A DNA stretch of 64,000 nucleotides from an uncultured Cytophagia bacterium (lineage in GTDB: Bacteria > Zhuqueibacterota > Zhuqueibacteria > Residuimicrobiales > Residuimicrobiaceae), in the NCBI GenBank assembly GCA_964387285.1, contig CAYLWO010000003.1, forward strand, positions 100,759 through 164,758. The letters run 5' to 3'. Every line of letters starts with the position of its first letter. Position 1 is the stretch's first letter. Below the pieces are notes generated by a model that did not search any database, was not told where the DNA came from, and saw nothing but the letters and a program-made list of their open reading frames with translations. The position numbers and the translations under genes were made by a program. This document shows, piece by piece, positions 1-10,988 of the stretch.

Positions 1-2
1 AT

Positions 3-2930
3 AAAATCAAATACTATCCGCGTCCCGGCCTTCGCATCGGCGACAAGAAATCCGATGTGACCATCCAAAAGGGATTGCCCTGGGGCGGCGTCGGCATTCG
101 CGTACAGGCCAGAGGTTTTCAATGGAGCAATCCATCGGCTCAGGACGCTATTTTCTGGGAATACGGCATTGCCAATATTTCAGATTATAATTTGCCTGAA
201 ATGTATTTCGGCATGTACACCGATAACGCGGTAGGCGGTGAATCTGCCGACGGCGCCGACGATATCGCCTTTTACAACAAATCGTTGAATATGTGCTACT
301 CCTGGGATCTGGACGGCATTCCGGTCGGCGGCGGCACCGAACCGGGCGTATACGGATTGGCTTTTCTTGAAAGTCCCGGCATTGCCACGGACGGCGTCGA
401 CAATGATCATGACGGTTTGATCGATGAAAAGCGCGATAACAACGCAGGCCATTTGATCGGGCCGACAGACGGCATCCACAACCTGCGCGATTTTCTGACC
501 TATTACAGCCTCGAAGAAAGTCAGCTGAAAGCACACTGGGATGCTGATGAAGATCAGGACTGGCAGGATTGGGATGACGCCAACCAGAACGGACAATATG
601 ATCCCGGCGAAGATATGGGCGATGATGTCGGTCTGGATGGCGTGGGACCTTTTGATCTCAATTACAATGGTCCTGATGCGGACGGCACTGAGTGCAATCA
701 CAAGCCAGACCGCGTCGAAGGCATTGCGGAACCGAACTTTGCCGAAACCGATGTTACGGAATCCGATATGTTGGGCCTGACCTCCTTCCGTTACATTTTC
801 AACTGGGACGGCGACCACCATGGCGTGGCGGCTGACGAAAATCTTTTTAAACTGCACAACGAGCATGTCTTTGATGAAGCGCAGATGGTGCCGAGAAACT
901 TTGTCGAGCAATTTGCCTCCGGACTGTTCCCACTCGGCAAAGGATTGACCGAACGCATCTCCATGTCCGAATTGCATGCGTATGAAGTCCTGGCCGGTCT
1001 GAATTCGTCCACCCATGACGCCCCGGCGCTGTTCCGGCTCAAGGAAGTGGTGCAGCTGATTTATGAAACCGATTACCGTTTCGCACAGCCGCCCTTGATG
1101 CCGACCCTGACGGCCAATCCAGCCGACGGCAAGGTTTATCTCAGTTGGGATAATCAGGCGGATCAGCTGACGCGAGACAGTTTTGCCAAAAATATCAACG
1201 ATTTTGAGGGTTACAAACTGTATCGCTCAACCGATTCCTATCTGGCGGATCCGATGTACATTACCGACGGTTATGGCAGTCCGACGTTGCGCAAACCTGT
1301 TTTTCAATGTGATCTGATTGACGGCAAGAAGGGTTTTGCCGATTACGGCGAAGTCAACGGCATTGAATATTATCTCGGCAATGAATCGGGCATCACCCAT
1401 TCCTTCATCGACAACACCGTGCAGAACGGCCGCACCTATTATTATGTGCTGGTGGCGTATGATTACGGTTTGCCCAATGTCGGCGGCGGCATCGGACCGT
1501 CTGAAAACACGTTTGTGCTGGAAGTGGATGAAAACGAGCAGATCAAACGCATCTCGCGCAATGTGGCGATAGTTAAAGCCCATCAGTTCGCCGCCGGCTA
1601 TCCTGCTTCGGACGTCAAACTGGAGGAGAAAATCAACAGCGCCGCTGCGAAAAAAACCGATTTCCATGTGGAAATTTTTGATCGCACCAAGGCACGCAAA
1701 GGACATACCTATAAATTAAAGTTGGGCGTCAACACGCTCGGCTATACGCAAACCAACGCCCGCTTTCGCAGTCCCTACGACATCCTGTACATGAACGACG
1801 AGATTTTTGTTTACGATGCCACCAATAAGGATTCGCTGGTCTATCATGAGATGAAATTGGATCTGGCCGGTTCCAACTTTGACTCCAGTGAAACGCTGGG
1901 TTATGTGCATCTGACGACGGAGCGCGAAATCATTACCGAGCTTTTCGAAGGGTTGCGCCTGCGTTTCAAATTGCCGGCCTTTTTCCCGGTTCTGGACAGG
2001 GACCATACCGGCTGGGTGACCGGCAATTCGCCGATGCGCGTTCTATTAGCGCAACTGCAAAACACCACGGACAATCCGTTTGACCAGAATTGGCGTTTTT
2101 TCCCGTGGAACTATGAAATTGTCTTTACCGATAATCCGGCCTTTTATAAAACACGGAGCAATTTTCTGACAAAAATTCAGGATCAGCATCTGCGTTACCT
2201 GAGTACGACCAAAGACGTTCTGCTGAATCAATCGTTCAATTTTTATGTGGTCAACAAATCGTTTGTTGATTCCACCGGCAATTATCCGATCATGGATCTG
2301 ATCGTCAACGATATCAACCACAATGGCAAGTTTGACCGGGAGTTTGATTATATTCTGGTCGGCGATGCGGTGCCGGATGCAAGAACCAAGACCGTTCGCT
2401 GGGGCGGAACCATGTTTTCCATCGATTTCATCAATCTGACCAGCGAAAGTCAAATGCCCAAGGCCAACGACGTCTATCGCCTGGATTTCAAACGCGGTTT
2501 CCATCACAGTGATTCGCTGATGTTTACCATATCCGGCTTTGGCGACGATCTGGACAGAGAAAAACTGAAATCCGATATGGATCAAATCAAGGTTGTTCCC
2601 AATCCTTACGTGGTAACCAACACCATGGAACCGTCTGTGGCGAATTGGGATCGCAACCAGCGACGACAGATCATGTTTACGCATATCCCGGCGCAATGCA
2701 CGATCAGAATTTTTACCCTGAGCGGCATACTCGTTGATGAAATCACGGTGAACAATGACGAGAGCGTTAGAAAAAGCGGCTGGGATCTGAACTCTACCGC
2801 CAATGGCGCCTGTCACTGGGATTTGCGCAGCAAAGAAGGATTGGAAATCGCCGCCGGCTATTATATCTATCATGTCAAATCGACCGTAACCGGGGATGAG
2901 AAAATCGGCAAATTCGCGGTTATCAAATAA
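3..2930 (+). CDS. Large secreted protein, 5'-partial (frame is open to the window edge; the first in-frame start in the ORF track is GTG at 57). Asp-rich Ca-binding-like repeats and a C-terminal T9SS (Por) sorting domain.
   Basis: No stop codon upstream to position 3. DNDHDGLIDEKRDNN and DADEDQDWQDWDD acidic repeats. C-terminal ...KVVPNPYVV...CTIRIFTLSGILVDEI... matches the T9SS type-A C-terminal sorting domain pattern. Confidence 0.55.
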   Translation, partial: KIKYYPRPGLRIGDKKSDVTIQKGLPWGGVGIRVQARGFQWSNPSAQDAIFWEYGIANISDYNLPEMYFGMYTDNAVGGESADGADDIAFYNKSLNMCYSWDLDGIPVGGGTEPGVYGLAFLESPGIATDGVDNDHDGLIDEKRDNNAGHLIGPTDGIHNLRDFLTYYSLEESQLKAHWDADEDQDWQDWDDANQNGQYDPGEDMGDDVGLDGVGPFDLNYNGPDADGTECNHKPDRVEGIAEPNFAETDVTESDMLGLTSFRYIFNWDGDHHGVAADENLFKLHNEHVFDEAQMVPRNFVEQFASGLFPLGKGLTERISMSELHAYEVLAGLNSSTHDAPALFRLKEVVQLIYETDYRFAQPPLMPTLTANPADGKVYLSWDNQADQLTRDSFAKNINDFEGYKLYRSTDSYLADPMYITDGYGSPTLRKPVFQCDLIDGKKGFADYGEVNGIEYYLGNESGITHSFIDNTVQNGRTYYYVLVAYDYGLPNVGGGIGPSENTFVLEVDENEQIKRISRNVAIVKAHQFAAGYPASDVKLEEKINSAAAKKTDFHVEIFDRTKARKGHTYKLKLGVNTLGYTQTNARFRSPYDILYMNDEIFVYDATNKDSLVYHEMKLDLAGSNFDSSETLGYVHLTTEREIITELFEGLRLRFKLPAFFPVLDRDHTGWVTGNSPMRVLLAQLQNTTDNPFDQNWRFFPWNYEIVFTDNPAFYKTRSNFLTKIQDQHLRYLSTTKDVLLNQSFNFYVVNKSFVDSTGNYPIMDLIVNDINHNGKFDREFDYILVGDAVPDARTKTVRWGGTMFSIDFINLTSESQMPKANDVYRLDFKRGFHHSDSLMFTISGFGDDLDREKLKSDMDQIKVVPNPYVVTNTMEPSVANWDRNQRRQIMFTHIPAQCTIRIFTLSGILVDEITVNNDESVRKSGWDLNSTANGACHWDLRSKEGLEIAAGYYIYHVKSTVTGDEKIGKFAVIK

Positions 2931-2944
2931 GGGGTCTCATTTTA

Positions 2945-2990
2945 ATGAAAAGGGGATAATGGGTTCCAGCGCCATTATCCCCTTCATTTT
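2945..2990 (+). terminator. Rho-independent terminator after the first CDS.
   Basis: Perfect 11-bp stem GGGGATAATGG/CCATTATCCCC with a 9-nt loop, followed by TTCATTTT. Confidence 0.6.
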
Positions 2991-3063
2991 AAGACAACGT
3001 CAAAAATGCTATTAGAAGGTTTGTCGTAATCGACTTCAGGAATAAATTATCTCGGAGGAACCT

Positions 3064-5565
3064 GTGCGAGTATTGTTTCTTTTATTAATGACCATGATCA
3101 GCAGTATTCCGGAATTTTGCATCGCCGGTGAACAGAATAATACAATGGTGCTGCAACAGGGACTGATGTTGAAACTCAAGGGTTCCCGGTCGGCCGCCTT
3201 TCTCAACGACCCGGTGGAAAAAATGCTGGTGCAGGGAACCTGGTCGGCGCCGCATGCCGGCGATCTGCTGTTCGTTAAAAAGGATACGCTCAAATGGACC
3301 CCGATGAGCGCCGATTCAAACGGATGGTTCGCAAATGATGCCTTGCCCGGCAGCTATGTGTATTGCTCGTTGCAATCCGATAAAGAAAAAATCATGCTTC
3401 TCGAACAAAAAGGAAACGATCTTGTTTACTTGAACGGCGCACTGCGAACCGGCAACCGGTATGGCGTTAAGGATGCCTATGAAGACTGGGAGCCGAAATT
3501 CAATTATTCCATCCTGCCGGTCGATCTGCGCCGGGGCCGCAATGAATTTCTTTTTTATAATACCAGGACCGACCGCATCAAAGCCGTATTAAAGCCGGTT
3601 CAAGCACCGGTTTCCATGCATGGTTTCGACAATACCTTGCCGGATTTTCTGGTCGGCGAAATGATCGATGCCTGGGGCGCTTTGGTGGTGATTAATGCGC
3701 AGAAAAAAACGCTCTCCGACGCCAGGATGGAGGTGCGCATCTCCGGCGATGTCGCGGTCGACACGCCTCTGCCTCTCATCCAGGCGATGACGGTGCGCAA
3801 GGTGGGATTCCGGCTGAAGGGCCAGCCAAGGCCTGAATCCGGCAAGGTGCAGGTCGATGTTCGCCTTTTCAGCAAAACCGGCGAAATGCTCGATCACAAA
3901 ACGGTAGAGCTCGATGCAAAGCAATCCGATCAGACCCACAAACGCACTTTTGTCAGCAAAATCGACGGCAGTGTGCAATACTATGCGGTGAATCCTGCCC
4001 GCTCTGAGAACAAACAGAAAGAAAAAGCTCTCGTTCTATCTGTACATGGCGCCGGCGTAGAGGCTATCAATCAGGCCAATTCTTACAACGGCAAAACCTG
4101 GGCTTTTATTGTATCGCCCACTAATCGCCGGCCCTTTGGTTTTAACTGGGAAGATTGGGGCCGGATCGACGCCCTGGAGGTTCTTGAATTGGCGCAAAAA
4201 ACTCTGCCGATCGATCCGGAACGCATCTATCTAACCGGCCATTCCATGGGCGGTCACGGCGCCTGGCACATCGGCGCCATGCATCCGGACCGGTTTGCCG
4301 CCATTGGACCCAGCGCCGGCTGGATCAGCTTTTGGTCCTATCGGGTGCGCGATGACCAGGAAACCCCATCACCGATGCAAGAGATGCTTACCCGTTCCAG
4401 CAAACCCAGCCGGACCACAGAGTTGGCGGAGAATTATAAGCAACTCGGCATCTATATTCTTCACGGCGGCGCTGACGACAATGTCCGGCCTGATCAGGCG
4501 CAGCGCATGGTCGAACATTTAAAGCCGTTTCACCACGATTTTTATCATCATGAAGAACCGGGTCAGGGGCATTGGTGGGACCTCTCCGACGAACCCGGCA
4601 CCGATTGCGTGGACTGGCCGGCCATGTTTGATTTTTTCAGCCGACATTGCCGTCCGGAAAAGGAACGTATCCGCAAGATCGAATTCATCACCGCCAATCC
4701 GGGCATCTCTGCGCAGAACAACTGGCTGTCCATTGAAGCGCAAATCAAACCCCTGATGTTGAGCAAGGTCGCTGTTCAGGCTGATCCCGGTCAACGCCGG
4801 TTTGTTGGCCATACTGAAAATGTCGCACGCCTCGCATTCGATCTTTCCGTGCTGCCTCAGGATGGACTTGTGCAGATTCATCTCGATGAACAGCCATTGA
4901 AGGATGTGAGCCGGCCTGAGAAAGGGGAAAAGCTTTTTCTGGAAAAAAGCGGTCAACAATGGAAAATTATTCCACAACCGGATCTTCAGCAAAAAGGACC
5001 GCATCGCAACGGCACGTTTAAAGATGCTTTTAACAACCGCGTCATTTTTGTCTATGGTACCCACGGCGATCAGGGACAGAATGAGTGGGCTTTCAACAAG
5101 GCGCGTTATGATGCCGAGTATTTGTGGTACCAGGGCAACGGCTCGGTGGATGTGCTGGCTGATGACGATTTCGATCCGGCAAAAGAACCGGATCGCAACG
5201 TCGTTATCTATGGAAACAGCCAGACCAATTCTGCCTGGAAGAGTCTGCTCTCCGGCAGTCCGATTCAGGTTTTCAATGCGCAGGTGATGATCGGCGATAA
5301 AAAAATCAGCGGTAAAAATTTATCCTGTTTGTTTGTTCGACCGCGGCCCAACAGCGTTGTTGCTACGGTGGGCGTCGTCTCCGGAACCGGAGTCATCGGC
5401 ATGCGCATGACCAATCGCCGGCCCTATCTGAGCCCGGGCTTTGCTTATCCCGACTTTGTTTTTTCCACTGCCATGCTGGATGAGGGCGATAAGGCCGTTC
5501 AGGCGGCAGGATTTTTCGGTTTGGACTGGAAGCTGGAGAGCGGCGATGTTGTTTGGCAAAAGTGA
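3064..5565 (+). CDS. Secreted alpha/beta-hydrolase fold protein (esterase or S9-type peptidase-like).
   Basis: GTG start with a GGAGGA RBS. N-terminal signal peptide. GHSMGGHGAW nucleophile-elbow (GxSxG) motif in the C-terminal half. Confidence 0.6.
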   Translation: MRVLFLLLMTMISSIPEFCIAGEQNNTMVLQQGLMLKLKGSRSAAFLNDPVEKMLVQGTWSAPHAGDLLFVKKDTLKWTPMSADSNGWFANDALPGSYVYCSLQSDKEKIMLLEQKGNDLVYLNGALRTGNRYGVKDAYEDWEPKFNYSILPVDLRRGRNEFLFYNTRTDRIKAVLKPVQAPVSMHGFDNTLPDFLVGEMIDAWGALVVINAQKKTLSDARMEVRISGDVAVDTPLPLIQAMTVRKVGFRLKGQPRPESGKVQVDVRLFSKTGEMLDHKTVELDAKQSDQTHKRTFVSKIDGSVQYYAVNPARSENKQKEKALVLSVHGAGVEAINQANSYNGKTWAFIVSPTNRRPFGFNWEDWGRIDALEVLELAQKTLPIDPERIYLTGHSMGGHGAWHIGAMHPDRFAAIGPSAGWISFWSYRVRDDQETPSPMQEMLTRSSKPSRTTELAENYKQLGIYILHGGADDNVRPDQAQRMVEHLKPFHHDFYHHEEPGQGHWWDLSDEPGTDCVDWPAMFDFFSRHCRPEKERIRKIEFITANPGISAQNNWLSIEAQIKPLMLSKVAVQADPGQRRFVGHTENVARLAFDLSVLPQDGLVQIHLDEQPLKDVSRPEKGEKLFLEKSGQQWKIIPQPDLQQKGPHRNGTFKDAFNNRVIFVYGTHGDQGQNEWAFNKARYDAEYLWYQGNGSVDVLADDDFDPAKEPDRNVVIYGNSQTNSAWKSLLSGSPIQVFNAQVMIGDKKISGKNLSCLFVRPRPNSVVATVGVVSGTGVIGMRMTNRRPYLSPGFAYPDFVFSTAMLDEGDKAVQAAGFFGLDWKLESGDVVWQK

Positions 5566-5570
5566 ACCGA

Positions 5571-8218
5571 TGAAAAGTTTTATTTTTTTTCTGAACCTGC
5601 TGCTTCTGGTTTCTCCTCTGGTATCGCAGGACTTGCTTTATCGCAATCCAAGAGCGCCGGTCGAACAGCGCGTCGCTGATCTGCTTTCCAGAATGACGCT
5701 TGAGGAAAAACTCTGGCAATTGTTCATGATCCCCGGCGGACTGGAACCGGACAACAGCAAATATAAAAACGGCATCTTTGGTCTGCAGGTGGCGACTCGC
5801 GGAACCTCATCCGGCGTGTCAGAACAATTGCTGCGCTATGAAGGAAGCAGTACCGCAAGCGCGGTCGCAAATGAGATAAACGCTCTGCAGCGCTGGTTTG
5901 TTCAGGAAACCAGACTGGCTATTCCCATTATCCCTTTCGATGAAGCGTTGCACGGTCTGGTTAGAGACGGCGCAACGGCGTTCCCCCAGGCTATCGCGCT
6001 GGCCGCAACCTGGAATCCGGAACTCGTGCATCAGGTCGCGATGGCCATTGCCAAAGAAACCCGCAGCCGGGGCATCCGACAGGTTCTTTCCCCGGTTGTC
6101 AATATGGCCACCGATGTGCGTTGGGGACGCGTCGAAGAGACCTATGGGGAGGATCCGCTTTTATGCACGGCCATGGCGTTGGCGTTTGTTACGGCTTTCG
6201 AACAGAACGGCATCATTACCACGCCCAAACATTTTGTCGCTAATGTCGGCGACGGCGGACGCGACAGTTATCCGGTTTATCTCTCAGAACGATTGCTTGC
6301 GCAGTTGCATTTTCCGCCCTTTAAAGCCTGCTTTCAACAAGGCGGTTCCCGATCCGTGATGACCTCGTACAATTCCCTGAATGGCATGCCTTGCTCTGCG
6401 CAGGATTGGTTGCTAAACCAAAAGCTCAAAAAAGAGTGGGGTTTCGACGGATTTGTCATGGCTGATGCCGGCGCCGTGCCCGGTATGACGGATCTCCACG
6501 GCATCACCCGGAATTACCCCCAATCAGCGACGCTGGCTCTGAACAACGGCTTGGATGTCATTTTTCAAACGGATTACAGTCATTTCAAACTGTTATTTGA
6601 TTCCACTAGTAAAAACATCGATGCCAGGATCATTGATGCGGCTGTCAGCCGTGTGCTCAAGGTCAAGTTTGAACTCGGCTTGTTTGAAAATCCTTATTGT
6701 GATCCGGCTGAAGCTGATCGTCTGAATGCGCATCCTGCTCACCGGGAGTTGGCGAAAAAAGCTGCATTGGAATCCATTGTCCTGCTTAAAAACAAAAATC
6801 GTCTGCTTCCTTTACAGAAGCATTATGCCAAAATTGCCGTTATCGGCGTTGATGCGCAACAAGCCAGGCTGGGCGGCTACAGTGGCCCGGGCGTTAACAA
6901 GATCAGCATTCTGGACGGCATAAAAAATTGTGTGGACGATAAAACGGTAATTCAATATCATCCGGGATGCGGCAGACAATCGGTCAAATATGTAACTGTT
7001 CCCAGTAGAAATCTTACCTGTATATCGGATGGTAAAAAACAGGATGGCCTGCGGGCTGACTATTTTGACAACATTGAATTACAGGCGCCGGCGGCTTTTA
7101 CCCGAGTTGATCCTGTTATCGATTTCAGCTGGACCTTGTTTTCACCGCGACCGGATAAACTGGAAAGGGATTGGTATTCGGTGCGTTGGTCCGGCACGCT
7201 CCTGGCGCCGCAAACCGGGAAATTTAAAATCGGACTGCAAGGCAATGATGGGTATCGACTCTATATCGATGACCGGTTGTTGATTGACCATTGGGAAAAG
7301 GTCGGCTATCAAACTCGGCTGGTTGATTTTGATTTTGTGCAGAACCGGGCGTATCGCATCAAGGTCGAATTTTTTGAAGGCCGCGGCAATGCGCATCTCA
7401 ACCTGGTCTGGAATCTAGGCGTCAAGGATGATCATGAGCAAACCATCGCTGAGGCGGTCCAACTCGCTGCCAGCAGTGATCTGGCCATCGTTGTGCCCGG
7501 AATTGAAGAGGGCGAATTCCGGGACCGGGCGTTACTCGGTCTTCCGGGTTATCAGGAGGAACTAATCAAACAGGTGGCTGGTACAGGAAAACCGGTGGTG
7601 GTCGTATTGGTGGCCGGCAGCGCGGTGACCATGTCGAACTGGCTGGACCAGGCAGATGCGGTTCTGGACGTCTGGTATCCCGGAGAACAAGGCGGCCATG
7701 CGGTTGCGGACGTGCTGTTTGGCCGTTATAATCCGGCCGGACGACTGCCCATCACTTTTCCTCAGCACGAAGCGCAATTGCCGCTTTATTATAATCACGC
7801 TCCGACCGGACGAGGCGATGACTATGTCAATCTTACCGGCGAGCCGCTGTTTCCGTTTGGCTATGGTTTGAGTTATAGTGAATTTGTTTACGCTCGTTTG
7901 CAAATCGATTTGCTGAAAGACAGTGTGCGCGTTGCCTGTGATATTGCCAACGCCGGCGGCATGGACGGCGATGAGGTGGTGCAGTTGTACATCAAGGATA
8001 TGTGCTCTTCAATGGTCCGTCCGGTGATCGAACTCGCTGATTTTAAACGCGTCCATATTAAAGCGGGACAGCGTAGGACTGTTGTCTTTCGATTGCCTCC
8101 GGCTGCCTTCAGCCTTATTGATGAAACTTTATCTCCAATACTGGAAAGGGGAGAATATAAAATTTTGCTGGGCCGTTCCAGCCGGGATATCCGTTTGTCG
8201 GGTAAAGTTGTTTTATGA
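5571..8218 (+). CDS. Glycoside hydrolase family 3 beta-glucosidase (BglX-like) with an inserted PA14 domain.
   Basis: ATG at 5571 precedes the signal peptide MKSFIFFLNLLLLVSPLVS; the 5441 start would overlap the upstream gene. GH3 motifs LSPVVNMATDVRWGRVEETYGEDP and GFDGFVMADAG. PA14-like block DYFDNIELQ...WSGTL...GYRLYIDDRLLID. Confidence 0.8.
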
Positions 8219-8479
8219 ATACAACCTCATGGTGTTGTGGAACCGGTCAAACGTCGCTCCGCGACGTGAATGATTACATGATATCTGGAACCGTGGGTTG
8301 AAACCCACGATTACCATCACCTGGCCGCTCCGCGATTAGCGAGTACTGCAAATCCTGTGGAATCCAATGGTCGCGGAGCGACCATTGCCGGTAGCCGGGC
8401 GTTTCAACGCCCGGAAAGGGAAAGCGAGCAGCCACGTCGCGTAGCGACGTATGGAGAAAAAAATAATGCGGAAAGTAGA
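8219..8479 (+). promoter_or_regulatory. Hairpin-dense 260-nt noncoding region between GH3 and the next gene; candidate structured leader or small RNA.
   Basis: At least six perfect short hairpins, including four of the form (A)CGTCGC-NNN-GCGACG(T) at about 8254, 8325/8366 and 8436. Also CCGTGGGTT..AACCCACG and CCGGGCGTT..AACGCCCGG. Confidence 0.4.
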
Positions 8480-10726
8480 ATGAATTCAAAAAATAAAAGT
8501 AACTACCTGGTTGCGGTGATTTTTTTCCTTTGTACCGCAATGGTCCATGCGCAAGCTCCCCAATATCCTCCCGGCGTCAGAGGGAGCACACATGTGTTTC
8601 AGCCGGAGCAAGGGCCTTTTGCAGGAGACACCGGACTGGCGAAAACAACGGGTCATCGGATATCTGTTCAGAGCACATCGGTCGGCGGCTTGCTTGAATT
8701 GGATGCCTACATTCCGGCCAAGAACCATTTAGCTGTCAGGTTTGACCATCTTACACAAACCTTACAGACGCTCATATCTGAACCGGACAGTCTGTTTTCA
8801 CAAACCGTGCAATCCGCCATTGCCAAAGCGCCGCGCTGGTTGCAGAATGATCTGCGTCACGTCTTTCGTTATTTGCGATCCGAGTACCAGGTGAAATGGG
8901 CGGACGCCATTTTAGCGGCTCAGGATCCCTATATTGATGAAGTGGCTTTTTGTATCGCACATTTGTCGCCGCAATATTTAATGTCCTCTTATGCGTACCC
9001 GCAGTTGCTCGCAGACAATGCCAGATTGATATATGAAAATGACGCTTCCTTGTCTTTTGTGCGGGTTGTGGATTACGGTTCTTCACAGACCGATCCTGAT
9101 TATTATTCCACGACGGTGTATCGCAAAGCCAGATATATCGACACCACCGAGGTCACGGTGCCTAAAGAAATTTATTATTGGTATATTGTGCATCCGAAAA
9201 TTACCGATGAGATCCCTGCCTACATCAATCCCGATGTGGTAGAGGATAATTACTCGCATCGCAACAATATCACCACGGCCGCTAACGGTTTTTTTTGGCG
9301 TGATTTTTTATTTAATCGCAGCGATGCCGGTTATGCCAGCGTCAAAGACCTGCTTAAAAAATGCCGGGTTGTCTGGAATGCGTTTCCCAGTCCGCCTAAT
9401 GCCGCACCCCATGCCATGGAGATGCTCAACCGCTGGATGGGCAGCAGTATGAAGTTTACCTCCAATGAAGAACGACCCCATCAGCCGGTGCGTATTTATC
9501 GCAAGCACATCGGTCGCTGCGGAGAAAACGGCGACCTGCGCGTGGCCATTGCCCGTTCAGCGCTGATTCCTGCGGCCAGCGTCGCATCCTATTCCACTGA
9601 TCATGTCTGGGATGAGTTCTGGGAAGAAAAATGGATTCATTGGGATGATGCCATCAATACTCCTTTCATGTATGTTGATGATTGGAAAAAACAATTCGGC
9701 ACCGTGTTTAAATGGCGCAGCGACGGTTTTCTTTTTCCTGTGACCGAAAGATATGCCAGAGATTATTGCACTTTGCATATTTATGCCGTCGATGCTCAGG
9801 ATCGTCCCATTGACGGGGCTCGCGTTATCTTATATACCGCAGGTCTGGACAACACCATGTGGTTTGATACCTACGGCACGACGGATCTGGACGGCAAGGT
9901 CAGTTTCGTACTCGGCGTCGGCCGCAGTTATTCAGCGCGGATGAGTTGTGATCTGGGCTCAGTGCCGGAAAGCAGCGAACTGATGCTGCAGGTTGTCTCT
10001 GAAACAGAGGATGGCCGGGAGTATCTGGCGGTGATGAGAACCAAGTCGGCCAGGCCCTCTCTGCTTTGGCATGAGCACGCACAGCCGGTTTTTAGTCAAA
10101 ATTCTTTTTCTCTGGATATCGATGTGACGATAGAGGATCAGATACTGCGCGGCGCTGATCCGTTCGATGATCTGGATCAGAATGCCTGGCATTTTGTCGC
10201 ACAAAGCAAAGGCAAATGCAACTTTATCGTGATGAATGAATCCGAGTATGACCAATATCTGGCCTGCGGAGAGATCACCGGCTATAATGCATTGCAGCGC
10301 ATCGATTCGTTGGCCAGCAATTTTTCTTTTGACGGTTCATCTGATTTAATCTTTCTCTGGGATAATTCTGCTGCTTTACATACGGCTCAACATATAAAAG
10401 GCGCATTTAGGCTTTATGCCGCAGCCGATCCGTCTATCCAAAAGGTTTCCATTTTATCGAATTATCCCAATCCCTATCGTCCTGAAAGCGGCCAGACCAG
10501 CATTCAATTCCAATTGCCTGTTAAAGCAAAAACCGAGGTGTCGATTTTTAATATTTTGGGGCAAAAAGTCATTACTTTAATCGATGCAGAATTATATGCT
10601 GGTTCGCACAAGGTCCTGTGGAATGGCCAGGACCGGAATGACGTCTGGGTCGGCTCGGGCGTGTATTTTGCCCGAGTGCGGACTCTTCAAGGCGAGTGCA
10701 GTCAAAAAATGCTTGTCATTCATTGA
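8480..10726 (+). CDS. Transglutaminase-like cysteine protease superfamily protein with a C-terminal T9SS sorting domain.
   Basis: Start chosen at MNSKNKSNYLVAVIFFLCTAMVHAQA (signal peptide). Cys/His/Asp triad context GRCGENGDL...STDHVWDEFWE...WDDA. C-terminal ...YPNPYRPESGQTSIQFQLPVKAKTEVSIFNILGQKVITL...GVYFARV... matches the classic T9SS C-terminal domain. Confidence 0.65.
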   Translation: MNSKNKSNYLVAVIFFLCTAMVHAQAPQYPPGVRGSTHVFQPEQGPFAGDTGLAKTTGHRISVQSTSVGGLLELDAYIPAKNHLAVRFDHLTQTLQTLISEPDSLFSQTVQSAIAKAPRWLQNDLRHVFRYLRSEYQVKWADAILAAQDPYIDEVAFCIAHLSPQYLMSSYAYPQLLADNARLIYENDASLSFVRVVDYGSSQTDPDYYSTTVYRKARYIDTTEVTVPKEIYYWYIVHPKITDEIPAYINPDVVEDNYSHRNNITTAANGFFWRDFLFNRSDAGYASVKDLLKKCRVVWNAFPSPPNAAPHAMEMLNRWMGSSMKFTSNEERPHQPVRIYRKHIGRCGENGDLRVAIARSALIPAASVASYSTDHVWDEFWEEKWIHWDDAINTPFMYVDDWKKQFGTVFKWRSDGFLFPVTERYARDYCTLHIYAVDAQDRPIDGARVILYTAGLDNTMWFDTYGTTDLDGKVSFVLGVGRSYSARMSCDLGSVPESSELMLQVVSETEDGREYLAVMRTKSARPSLLWHEHAQPVFSQNSFSLDIDVTIEDQILRGADPFDDLDQNAWHFVAQSKGKCNFIVMNESEYDQYLACGEITGYNALQRIDSLASNFSFDGSSDLIFLWDNSAALHTAQHIKGAFRLYAAADPSIQKVSILSNYPNPYRPESGQTSIQFQLPVKAKTEVSIFNILGQKVITLIDAELYAGSHKVLWNGQDRNDVWVGSGVYFARVRTLQGECSQKMLVIH

Positions 10727-10775
10727 AATACCGTAGTATATTTAATGTACCCCAGAGATTGCCCAAAAAGTAATA

Positions 10776-10910
10776 CAACCGTTTCATTCTGAGTATCTTA
10801 TGACATAAATGCCATGATTACCAAAATAACACGAAAACCATGTCATTGCGATCGAAGGAACGGTTGCTGACAAGGTGGCTGTTCTACTCTGGAGTGAAGC
10901 AATTCCTAGT
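10776..10910. repeat. Intergenic repeat family 1, copy A (modules aatcg(c/t)tccattc(a/t)gag ... aaaaccatgtcattgcga ... ctggagtgaagcaat).
   Basis: A core of about 72 nt (10834-10905) is about 75% identical to 17278-17348. The 5' module gtttcattctgag resembles aatcgctccattcag at 17258 and 19186. Confidence 0.5.
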
Positions 10911-10988
10911 ACATCAAAGTGTTATTAGAAGACCGCTACAGCGATATATGGTAACATATATTTTCGTTTCATTCAGATTGGGAAGAAT

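Noticed and set aside
148-2873. Multiple antisense or overlapping ORFs (148..534-, 180..1016-, 1227..1706-, 2046..2873- and others) inside the first large gene.
   Set aside because: They lie entirely within a long, motif-bearing sense ORF and have Arg/Cys-rich low-complexity translations typical of the antisense frames of GC-balanced genes. The same applies to the dozens of similar internal ORFs throughout the track.
5441-5570. N-terminal extension of the GH3 ORF overlapping the upstream hydrolase gene.
   Set aside because: The signal peptide begins at the internal ATG (5571). The extension would overlap the preceding gene by 125 nt and encodes no recognisable sequence.
8291-8309. GGGTTGAAACCC looked like a tRNA T-arm.
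   Set aside because: There is no acceptor, D or anticodon arm around it, the loop is 6 nt rather than 7, and no CCA context. It is one of several generic hairpins.
8357-8479. Extended start of the transglutaminase-like ORF (MESNGRGATIAGSRAFQRPERESEQPRR...).
   Set aside because: It precedes a clear signal peptide at M42. The region is dominated by perfect DNA hairpins, and an Arg/Glu-rich peptide from hairpin DNA is a typical artefact.
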